A DNA stretch of 59,869 nt from Minisyncoccota bacterium (GTDB taxonomy: Bacteria; Patescibacteriota; Minisyncoccia; Phycocordibacterales; Phycocordibacteraceae), in the NCBI GenBank assembly GCA_018062765.1, contig JAGORR010000002.1, positions 1 to 59,869 on the forward strand, written 5' to 3'. Made by a program: the position numbers and the translations under genes. Below, piece by piece: positions 1 through 7,695 of the stretch (positions are counted from its first letter, which is position 1; each line of letters begins with the position of its first letter). The notes beneath the pieces are model-generated. The model was not told the origin of the DNA and searched no databases. It worked only from the letters and a program-made list of their open reading frames with translations.

Positions 1-1005
1 GTACGACGTGCGGCGAATGTCGAAGTAGTTGTTATTGATAGTCGTCACGGAAGAACCCGAGAGTTCCGAGATGAGACTGGCACGGAGCGCGACAAGCCGA
101 TCAGAAAGATACGCTTTTGTGACACCGTCCACAGTCGTCGCAGCCGCAATCGGTGCTGTGGTAGTGGCCTGCGGAGCTGGTTGCGTGAAAGTAGTCGGAC
201 CGAAGCCGGGCATCGATACGACAATTACGCGACCAGATGGCTTCCAGTATGCGAAGGTGCGGACGCGTACTTCCATGAACCAGGAGTGGAGCGTCGTGTA
301 TGTTTTGAGAGCAATTTCTTCGAACCCATTCTGCGCACCCGATGCGCGCGCCGCAGCGCCCACCGAAGTCGGAGAGAACAACGCCGGTACTCCGTATGCG
401 CTCGCAAACACGATAACGAGAAGCATCGTAGTCATCACAGCTCGCGAACGCAGGAACGGCAACGCCGTAAAAGATGGGCGCGAAGCCTCATGCAAGTCAC
501 GCACGCGTTCACGTGCTAGCTCTCGCGCGATTTCTGCCTTGCGCTCGTCTGCGCTCTCGATAAACGCCGTGAGCGTGCCCTCATGCACAAACCACTGTCG
601 TCCAATCTGCTCGCCACGAATTTTTCCTTCACGCGCGAGCTTCGCAAGGTAATCTGCGCTGTATCCGCTCCGTTCTGAAGCAGCCCTCGTCGTAATAAAC
701 TCGTTCGCTGGAGCGGTAACCACAGGGAGCGCCGCAGCAACGAGCGCCGGCGTCTCAGCTTTCGTCGCGAGCTTATATTCACTAGCTCGCGCGCGCGCGA
801 GCGCGACAGCAAGTTCCTTCTTGTGCTTCTCCTGTGCCGCCATAAATCGCAGCAGAGACTTTTCATCGACAACCCACGTGCGTCCAACCTGCGCGCCAGC
901 AATCTTACCCGCACGTGCGAGTCGTGAAAGGTAGTCGGAAGAGTATCCAGATAACTCCGATGCGTCCTTCGTGGAGATTAAATTTTTTGATCGGAGGGGA
1001 TCCAT
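1..1005 (-). CDS. Membrane-tethered protein with two tandem excisionase/MerR-like HTH repeats (partial; C-terminus runs off the window start)
   Basis: Absent from the supplied ORF track because it has no stop codon inside the window. I translated the minus strand by hand from the ATG at 1005 (MDPLRSKNLISTKDASELSGYSSDYLSRLARAGKIAGAQVGRTWVVDEKSL...) and found 335 sense codons down to position 1. There is a second HTH copy (ERSGYSADYLAKLAREGKIRGEQIGRQWFVHEGTL), followed by a hydrophobic helix (AVMTTMLLVIVFASAYGVPALF). The HTH signature matches the ORFs that start at 3450 and 4598. Confidence 0.6.
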   Translation of the reverse strand, partial: MDPLRSKNLISTKDASELSGYSSDYLSRLARAGKIAGAQVGRTWVVDEKSLLRFMAAQEKHKKELAVALARARASEYKLATKAETPALVAAALPVVTAPANEFITTRAASERSGYSADYLAKLAREGKIRGEQIGRQWFVHEGTLTAFIESADERKAEIARELARERVRDLHEASRPSFTALPFLRSRAVMTTMLLVIVFASAYGVPALFSPTSVGAAARASGAQNGFEEIALKTYTTLHSWFMEVRVRTFAYWKPSGRVIVVSMPGFGPTTFTQPAPQATTTAPIAAATTVDGVTKAYLSDRLVALRASLISELSGSSVTTINNNYFDIRRTSY

Positions 1006-1683
1006 GTCGTATGACCGTACTAACTAGAGTTTACCTAGCTTTTCCGGAATACCGTCACGAATATCTGTGGATAAAATGTAGTAAAGATGTACGCAAAGGA
1101 ACTCAATCATCGCTACTTAACTTTCTTGCTCTTACAGTTAGGCGCCGTTGCCTCATCTTCCCTTAGAAATACATAGGAATCGGTCACAGGAAAGAGAAAT
1201 TTCGATCTGAATGAACTCTCGGCGCACTCAATCCGAAAGAGCTCCACGGTCAAAATTTTGCCTCGCAGCGCGTTACTTGTAATCACCATATAGAAGGAGT
1301 GTCGTAAAAAGTCGCATATTTCTATTGTGCGACGCATGAGATTGAAAATAGCGCGAACTTGAGCTGTGTCGTCGATTTTCGGAGTGATCGCTATTTCTGT
1401 ATTCGCTTTTATGTGAGTATCTTGAATCTCGCTTAGCCGAGATTGAATACATAGTAAATAGGCGATTTTTTAGCACGTCTCGGGTGCGAGCGGTCCTATC
1501 CTGGCTCAGTCGACATTTGCTGACGCTGGCACTGAGCTACTCCTTGTGGCATGCGCGATGGATCATACGTAATCACACGTCACTTGAACGTGCCTCTGTC
1601 CTACGCAGGTGCACGTGTTTTTGTGCTCTGAGTTATCCCCAGATGCGATAGTAGAGTCGCGTCTATTTCGCATGAAAAGCGAC

Positions 1684-3450
1684 TTATGGCGTACTCCCCT
1701 GCGCCCCAGATTCATTCAAAAGTCGTATGACATCCTCTTTCGTATAGCAGCGATCCTCTATGCAGATGCGTTCCGCATTCTCCTCATCCATGGCTCCGGT
1801 GATTCGGTCGACGGTATCCGCTATCCACGAGGACGAGCGAGTACCGGTCTGCGGAGCCTCCTCGAGTAGAGGCGCGAGCGGATCAATTTGCAGTTCGCTG
1901 CCATCAAATCGCCTCAGGAACGCTCCATTTTCTACCGCGCGCTCCAACTCTTGCACTCCAAGCCGCTCTCGGACTATCGATGCAGATTCAGTAACCGTCC
2001 CGGCCCATAGGTATTCACCACCGCGCAGCGCAGTGATGAACTTGCTCGCGTCTACCTCTGCACCTGACGATGAAGCACTCCCAGACGCTGTGTAAGGCTC
2101 TGTTTGACTCGTAGAACCTTCCGGAAGCGCAGTGTGAGAAAGGACACCAAGTGCTGCTTGAACGGAGCCTAGCGCGTGTGCGAGAGGCTCATAGGTACTC
2201 GTAAACACCGAAGCAACGAGAGATTCTGTATTCAAAGCCAAAACAGCATCAGAACCTGCTCGCGCATAGTGAGCGAGCGTATCACCCAATCGAACAATCT
2301 CCTGAGCCTGCTCCCCTAGATGTACTGCACCCTCCCCTAAGTAAGGAGCGAACGCGGCAACGCGCACGATTGGCTCAAGCGCCATACGTGACGTAGCGTG
2401 GCTAGCAGCACTAAGAGCCTCTCCGAGCGCAATTTCCGCACGGACGCCGTAAGTAAGGGTTCGTGGACCGAGCTCAGCAAGGGCTTTCGTACTACCTCCA
2501 TAGACACCTACGGCAGTAGCCGGTACGGAAGCTGCCAGAGTTCGCGCTGCATCACCGACAGACAATAGTGAACCAATCACAAGACGCGAAATAGGTCCCG
2601 GGAGCTCTACAAAGCCCTGTATCACTGCCAAATGGAGAGACAGAGCACGCTTTGGTACGTCCACAAAAAACGCGCCGATTTCCACTCCAGTCCTATACGC
2701 CGCAGCAGGGACTAGCTTGGCAGAATCACGCACGTAGGTCCCCACTGCTAGACCCGCCTCACCGATAGAGGGAATGGCAACGGCACTTCTTAAATTGGCG
2801 GCGACGCTGGCTCCCGCTGCGGCACTTTCTGTAGCCCCAAAAAAAGTAAAAGCTTCACTTGGTGGTAGCTCCGGCAAGGGCGGAAGTATCAGGGGCTCAT
2901 AGCCAGTGTCCGTCAGCGTGAGAGCGACAGAAACTTGCTCTTCGGCACCGGCCTTCGCACGTAGGTTATCTGCGTATGCATAAACCATCTGTCTTGCCCC
3001 GTTCGCGGCCTGCATCGTCGTATCCGCCGCCCTCATCGATACAACGGCAAGCAATTGGCTTTCCGACATAGTTATGGAAGCCCCAGTTACTGCGAGCGCA
3101 ATCCCTACCGCCACTACCTCATTTCGGATGCGTGCGGCGTACGCTGACCTTACACGAGACACGCTCCTCGTCTCGTACAAGGGCGCTACGGTCTCCTTAC
3201 GAACAATCTGTCTCTCCTCACGCTCGTGCCGTCTAGTAGCCGAAACGGCAGCCCTAGTCTCTGCGAGCCGCGCATCATGTTCTCTCGCAAATCGTTCGAG
3301 CTCCTCACGTTCAACCATCCATTGAGGACCTCTACGTTCACCTCGCATACGCCTTTCCCGGCACATGCGCGCGACATAGTCGTGCGTATAGCCAAGCAAG
3401 GTCGCCGCCTCATGCGTAGTCAGGAGCGTAGAATCTGCTGTTGGATACAT
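1684..3450 (-). CDS. HTH (excisionase/MerR-like) N-terminal domain protein with one predicted TM helix and a long Ala/Gly-rich C-terminal region; function unknown
   Basis: 588-aa ORF. The N-terminus (TTHEAATLLGYTHDYVARMCRERRMRGERRGPQWMVEREELERF) matches the G-Y-x-x-D-Y...G-R-x-W signature of its two neighbours. A hydrophobic stretch (VVAVGIALAVTGASITM) sits near residue 110. I do not recognise the remainder. Confidence 0.65.
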   Translation of the reverse strand: MYPTADSTLLTTHEAATLLGYTHDYVARMCRERRMRGERRGPQWMVEREELERFAREHDARLAETRAAVSATRRHEREERQIVRKETVAPLYETRSVSRVRSAYAARIRNEVVAVGIALAVTGASITMSESQLLAVVSMRAADTTMQAANGARQMVYAYADNLRAKAGAEEQVSVALTLTDTGYEPLILPPLPELPPSEAFTFFGATESAAAGASVAANLRSAVAIPSIGEAGLAVGTYVRDSAKLVPAAAYRTGVEIGAFFVDVPKRALSLHLAVIQGFVELPGPISRLVIGSLLSVGDAARTLAASVPATAVGVYGGSTKALAELGPRTLTYGVRAEIALGEALSAASHATSRMALEPIVRVAAFAPYLGEGAVHLGEQAQEIVRLGDTLAHYARAGSDAVLALNTESLVASVFTSTYEPLAHALGSVQAALGVLSHTALPEGSTSQTEPYTASGSASSSGAEVDASKFITALRGGEYLWAGTVTESASIVRERLGVQELERAVENGAFLRRFDGSELQIDPLAPLLEEAPQTGTRSSSWIADTVDRITGAMDEENAERICIEDRCYTKEDVIRLLNESGAQGSTP

Positions 3451-3623
3451 GCTAGGTATTTCGCCGACGAATTCTCTACAAATTCCGTCAGGCTACTCGT
3501 ATCAGTATACGAGACGTCTGATCGTGCAAATTAAAATCATACGGAACTTCGAGTACTAATCTGTAATTAGGGTCACATAACCTACCGAATCCCACCTCGA
3601 GGATGATTCCCTACCCCACGGAG

Positions 3624-3653
3624 ATAGGGAGCGCCTTAACAGGCGCTCCCTAT
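3624..3653 (-). terminator. Perfect 12-bp hairpin between two HTH genes (possible terminator, no clear U-tract)
   Basis: ATAGGGAGCGCC-ttaaca-GGCGCTCCCTAT, located 67 nt downstream of the stop of the 3720..4598 gene. Confidence 0.4.
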
Positions 3654-3719
3654 AAATTGACTACTGAGAATTTCCTAAGTCCAAATATCTGTACAAGTCT
3701 ATCCGAGACGAGAAATGTT

Positions 3720-4598
3720 TTATTTACTTGCTTCTATGGCTGCAATTCCTGCAACATTCCTCAGAACTGGGATTTCCGTGACTAACGTACCTCCCACATG
3801 TGTGAGTAGTCCCGTACCGATAAGCGCCAGAAGCGCGAAGAGTGCGCTAACACCGATGAGTGCCGTGCGATACCCGAGTACAGCGAGCGGAGACAACCCC
3901 TCCTTTCCTACTTGCGGCAAAGGTTTGCGATCTTCCCTTCTAGTGACCTTAGTCTCTGTTATGCGCACAATAGGGACGGTCTGAACTTCTGCCTCTGCGT
4001 CCTCAGACTCAATTTCCGTCTCTGGCTCCCCGATAGTCTCTAGCTCGTCTGCATGACGCACATCAAGAGAAGTCTCAACCACGCCCAATTCCATCGGAAC
4101 CGCAGCTTCCTCCTCTTCTAAACTGTCCTCTAGCACCTCGTCTGTGGCCTTGTCCTCCTCAGCTTTGGATTCCCCTTCCTTGCGAGTGAACCATTCCTGC
4201 CAAGCATCCTGCATCTCAGTAATTAGATGTGCATGCGAATCTTGCGCTACCTCAGTGCGAAGCGCGTTAACAGGTATTCGGTATGAGAGTTGCGGGATTT
4301 CAGAGCCTGAATACAAGATATATCGTGACTTTTCCCACACCGGACTTACTGCCTCAGGTGCCGCGATAGGACGTCGCTCCTCGCTATCAACCACCTTCAC
4401 CTTATCCCTGGACTTTCCTTCTCCGAACCGGTGGGAAGATAGAGCTTCCTCGGACACGTACCAGTTACGCCCCACAAGACGTGCTTCGATACGGCCTTCA
4501 CGGCAAAGCTGGCCGATATAGTCCTTCGCATACCCAGAAATCTTTGCCGCTTGCTTAGACGAGACATATGTCTTTCCATCAAAAGATAGTTCATCCAT
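3720..4598 (-). CDS. HTH (excisionase/MerR-like) N-terminal domain protein with an acidic linker and a C-terminal TM helix; function unknown
   Basis: 292-aa ORF. The N-terminus (SSKQAAKISGYAKDYIGQLCREGRIEARLVGRNWYVSEEAL) has the same signature as the paralogs. It continues with a Glu/Asp-rich middle region and a hydrophobic C-terminal segment (ALIGVSALFALLALIGTGLL). Confidence 0.65.
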   Translation of the reverse strand: MDELSFDGKTYVSSKQAAKISGYAKDYIGQLCREGRIEARLVGRNWYVSEEALSSHRFGEGKSRDKVKVVDSEERRPIAAPEAVSPVWEKSRYILYSGSEIPQLSYRIPVNALRTEVAQDSHAHLITEMQDAWQEWFTRKEGESKAEEDKATDEVLEDSLEEEEAAVPMELGVVETSLDVRHADELETIGEPETEIESEDAEAEVQTVPIVRITETKVTRREDRKPLPQVGKEGLSPLAVLGYRTALIGVSALFALLALIGTGLLTHVGGTLVTEIPVLRNVAGIAAIEASK

Positions 4599-4605
4599 GC
4601 CTTGA

Positions 4606-4611
4606 ATTGTA
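4606..4611 (-). promoter_or_regulatory. -10-like hexamer TACAAT, 7 nt upstream of the ATG at 4598 (leaderless-type arrangement)
   Basis: The minus strand reads TACAAT-tcaaggc-ATG. There is no GGAGG-like motif. Confidence 0.4.
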
Positions 4612-4671
4612 AGGCTTTCTCGTCTCGGGTCAAAGGGATGCGAATAACAGCCTAATTTTTCTGGAGATCTA

Positions 4672-4705
4672 CGAAGAAAGGCGGGATTAATCCCGCCTTT
4701 CTTCG
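4672..4705 (-). terminator. Perfect 34-nt palindrome/hairpin downstream of gatB
   Basis: CGAAGAAAGGCGGGATT/AATCCCGCCTTTCTTCG, which gives a stem of about 15 bp. It begins 10 nt after the gatB stop at 4716. Confidence 0.5.
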
Positions 4706-4715
4706 ACCGCCTACT

Positions 4716-6119
4716 CTATGCCTTTAGTGTCGCAAAAAGAATCTCACGTATGAGCCCGGGATTCCCGGCTCCCTTCATCTCCTTCATCACTGCTCCAACG
4801 AGGTAGCCTATGACCGCCTCCTTCCCTCCCCGGTATTCTTCAACTACCTTCACCTCTCGGGTCACGACGGCGTTCACAGCAGCCTGTATGGCACTGGTAT
4901 CACTGACCTGGAGCAACGCGTTATCGCGAATATAGGCTTCGACATCTCCGCCCGTTTCAAGGACTCCTGCGATTGCGGCCTTAGCATTGGTCGATGATAG
5001 CGTTCCTTCAACAATATGCTTTGCAACGCTTCTGAACACGCCGGAAAGATTATTCGTAAGTGAGTGCACGGACGGATTATGCGCACGTACTTCTCCGACA
5101 AGAATATTAACTGCGGCAAGATGTGCTCTATCATCCACGATGCTTTCAATTTCGCGCGCGTAAACACCGCCGTACGCCTCATCACTTACCAATATCTCTG
5201 TAGCTTCTTGCGGTATGCCGCGCGCAAGGAGCCGTACGCGCTTTGCTGCCGGAAGCTCAGGCAGGCTTGCCCGGAGGTTCTCAATCGAGAATTCCGGAAC
5301 CTCCGAGAGGAGGAGCTTGGGGATGTCGGGCTCCGGGAAGTACCGGTAGTCGGCGCTCCCCTCTTTGACACGCTGTGAGAACGTAGTTCCCTTATCTTCG
5401 TCCCACCCTCGCGTCTCCTGAACCACTTTCCCGCCATCAATGAGCAGTTTCGATTGGCGTTCAATCTCGAACTCGATGGCGCGCTCAACGGAACGGAACG
5501 AGTTTAAATTCTTTACTTCGACTTTCGTGCCGAACATATCGTCTTTGGAAACAGAGATATTTGCCTCAATGCGCATCTCCCCCTTCTCGAGATTTGCCTC
5601 AGACGCGCCGAGAGTGCGTAGCAGGAGCTGTAGCTCGCGCGCGAACTTCCCCGCAGTAGCCGCGTCATGAATGACCGGCTCTGTAACAAGCTCCATGAGC
5701 GGAATTCCCGCACGATTGAAGTCGACGAGGGACTCTCCTCCCGCATGCGTAGAGCGCGCAGTATCCTCCTCAAGGTGAATGCGCGTTAGTTTGACTCCCG
5801 CGAGCTCACCGCCCGCGACCAAAGGGTGCTCGTACTGGCTGATCTGATACCCCTTCGGTATATCTGGATAGAAATAAGACTTACGGTCGAACTCGGCAAA
5901 ATCAGCAAGTGTTCCTCCTACCGCCGCTCCGACGCGGAGGACGTGCCTAATTGCTTCTTTGTTTGGAACCGGGAGTGTGCCTGGGTGTGCGGTGCAGACT
6001 GGGCATACGTTCACGTTCGGCCGCGTCTCGTCGGGGTCGTTTTTAGACTCACAGAACATCTTAGTTTCTGTGTCGAGCTCGGCGTGAATCTCAAGGCCTA
6101 TCGTGGGACGGAATGACAT
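4716..6119 (-). CDS. gatB: Asp-tRNA(Asn)/Glu-tRNA(Gln) amidotransferase subunit B
   Basis: 467 aa. The N-terminus (PTIGLEIHAELDTETKMFC...NVCPVCTAHPGTLPV) and the internal IHLEEDTA and ADYRYFPEPD motifs are classic GatB. Confidence 0.95.
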   Translation of the reverse strand: MSFRPTIGLEIHAELDTETKMFCESKNDPDETRPNVNVCPVCTAHPGTLPVPNKEAIRHVLRVGAAVGGTLADFAEFDRKSYFYPDIPKGYQISQYEHPLVAGGELAGVKLTRIHLEEDTARSTHAGGESLVDFNRAGIPLMELVTEPVIHDAATAGKFARELQLLLRTLGASEANLEKGEMRIEANISVSKDDMFGTKVEVKNLNSFRSVERAIEFEIERQSKLLIDGGKVVQETRGWDEDKGTTFSQRVKEGSADYRYFPEPDIPKLLLSEVPEFSIENLRASLPELPAAKRVRLLARGIPQEATEILVSDEAYGGVYAREIESIVDDRAHLAAVNILVGEVRAHNPSVHSLTNNLSGVFRSVAKHIVEGTLSSTNAKAAIAGVLETGGDVEAYIRDNALLQVSDTSAIQAAVNAVVTREVKVVEEYRGGKEAVIGYLVGAVMKEMKGAGNPGLIREILFATLKA

Positions 6120-6200
6120 AGCTATAAGCTGTTAGCTACTAGCTTATAGCTTTCGACCAGAAATGCCTAGAATGCACCTGCCACGGGCAGCAGCTCGTAG

Positions 6201-7181
6201 CTACTTGCCACTAGCTTCAAGCTCCTTCGCAAGGAGGTCTGAGAATGCCTTTAGCACCTCTGGGTCCTCGACCGACACCGTTACGGCTCCCTTCCCTGCC
6301 ACTTCCCCAAGCTCCTTTAGGCGGTTTTCCCGTTCGACGTCTGTAAGCAGGTCCACCTTGGAGAGGACCACCAATTCACGCTTCTGAGGCAACCCGTGGC
6401 CAAAGGCCTCGAGCTCTTTGCGTACTGCCCTATAGGCTGTTGCCACATCATCTTGTTCAGCCGAGACGAGATGCACAAGCATCTTGGTTCGCTCAACGTG
6501 CTTCAGAAATTTCGAACCTAGACCTTTTCCTGCCGAGGCGCCCTCGATAAGCCCAGGGATGTCAGCGAGTATACGGCCGTAGAAGTCCCCGAGATGGGGG
6601 TCGAGCGTGGTGAAGGGATATGCCCCTATCCGAGACTTCGCGCGGGTAAGTGCGTTTAGAAGCGAGGACTTCCCCGCGTTTGGAAACCCGATAAAGCCCG
6701 CCTCTGCGATGAGCTTCAGAGTTAGGCGGAGCTCCCCCTCCCCACCAGGCTTGCCGTCCGTCTTCTGGAACGGGTTCTGGTTGGTGGAGCTCTTGAAATT
6801 GATGTTTCCGCGACCACCAGAACCCCCTTCAAACGCGACCACACTCTGCCCTGGCTCGTTTATCTCAAAGGAATCGCCCGTAGCAAGGTTCTCGACCAAC
6901 GTACCCACAGGGACATGGAGAATCACTGGCGCGCCGTCCTTGCCGTGCCGGTTGAAATTATCGCCAGGCTCGCCATCGCGGGCGCGAAACTTCTTTTCGT
7001 ATTGAAAATTAGCGAGGGCAGCAAGGTCATGCACGCCGACCACAATTACATCTCCGCCTCGCCCACCGTCACCACCAGAAGGCCCGCCCATAGCGGTCTC
7101 TTTGGTGCGAAGCCAACGGATGACGCCGTCACCTCCCTTGCCCGCTTTCGCACCTACCGTTATCTGATCGACGAATGCCAT
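6201..7181 (-). CDS. obg: Obg/CgtA family GTPase
   Basis: 326 aa. It has the Gly-rich Obg fold start (FVDQITVGAKAGKGGDGVIRW...GGDGGRGGDV), a G1 motif GFPNAGKSSLL and a G3 motif DIPGLIEGA. Confidence 0.95.
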   Translation of the reverse strand: MAFVDQITVGAKAGKGGDGVIRWLRTKETAMGGPSGGDGGRGGDVIVVGVHDLAALANFQYEKKFRARDGEPGDNFNRHGKDGAPVILHVPVGTLVENLATGDSFEINEPGQSVVAFEGGSGGRGNINFKSSTNQNPFQKTDGKPGGEGELRLTLKLIAEAGFIGFPNAGKSSLLNALTRAKSRIGAYPFTTLDPHLGDFYGRILADIPGLIEGASAGKGLGSKFLKHVERTKMLVHLVSAEQDDVATAYRAVRKELEAFGHGLPQKRELVVLSKVDLLTDVERENRLKELGEVAGKGAVTVSVEDPEVLKAFSDLLAKELEASGK

Positions 7182-7227
7182 AGTCTTTCCACCCTACCAG
7201 AAAGCGCGATGGAAAGCTCCTGTAGGC

Positions 7228-7695
7228 TCAGACGATGCCTTGCTCTCTAAAATAGGAGGCGACGACGTTGAGCGCGTTCTGGTTGTAACTTGCGACAGCA
7301 CCTTCTGCATATTCATCAGAAAGCGGTATCCAGCGCCACTCCGAGAATTTCTCCGGCTCCATTAACTTCGGCTGCTGACTCGAAGTCGCATAGAAAATGG
7401 GGACTATGTCACCTTCCTTAGCGCCCGGAACCTCTGCGATAAAATCGAGGATATCGAGGTCGTCGATGCCTGTCTCCTCAAAGGTCTCGCGCCGTAGCGC
7501 AGCTTCGAGCGTCTCACCCTCCTCACACCTTCCGCCGGGCACTGTCCATACGGAAATATCCTTCCATGTCTTCGCGTCGTAGTGGCGATGCCCTTTGAGC
7601 ACCTTCCCGTCGCGCACCACTATCGCTATCGGGCAAAAACTTCTCGACCCTACTTGCGCGAGCTTCGCTGCAAGCATGGCTACACAAGCTCCCAT
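7228..7695 (-). CDS. NUDIX hydrolase
   Basis: 155 aa with a Nudix box GGRCEEGETLEAALRRETFEETG. The start may instead be the Met at 7677, which would remove the 16-nt overlap with secA. Confidence 0.85.
   Translation of the reverse strand: MGACVAMLAAKLAQVGSRSFCPIAIVVRDGKVLKGHRHYDAKTWKDISVWTVPGGRCEEGETLEAALRRETFEETGIDDLDILDFIAEVPGAKEGDIVPIFYATSSQQPKLMEPEKFSEWRWIPLSDEYAEGAVASYNQNALNVVASYFREQGIV

Noticed and set aside
29-652. 207-aa plus-strand ORF, together with other long antisense ORFs in the track (for example 8529..9227+, 14695..15471+, 18134..18772+, 37477..38130+, 45727..46293+, 52237..52809+, 55753..56328-).
   Set aside because: Each lies entirely opposite a gene with clear family signatures. 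Their products are Arg/Ser/Pro-rich and low in complexity, as expected for shadow frames in GC-rich coding DNA. None has a recognisable motif.
6121-6150. 10-bp inverted repeat GCTATAAGCT..AGCTTATAGC abutting the gatB start codon, considered as a terminator or riboswitch-like element.
   Set aside because: It has no U-tract, is short and AT-rich, and is only 30 nt long. I cannot distinguish a regulatory hairpin from chance, and no known motif matches.
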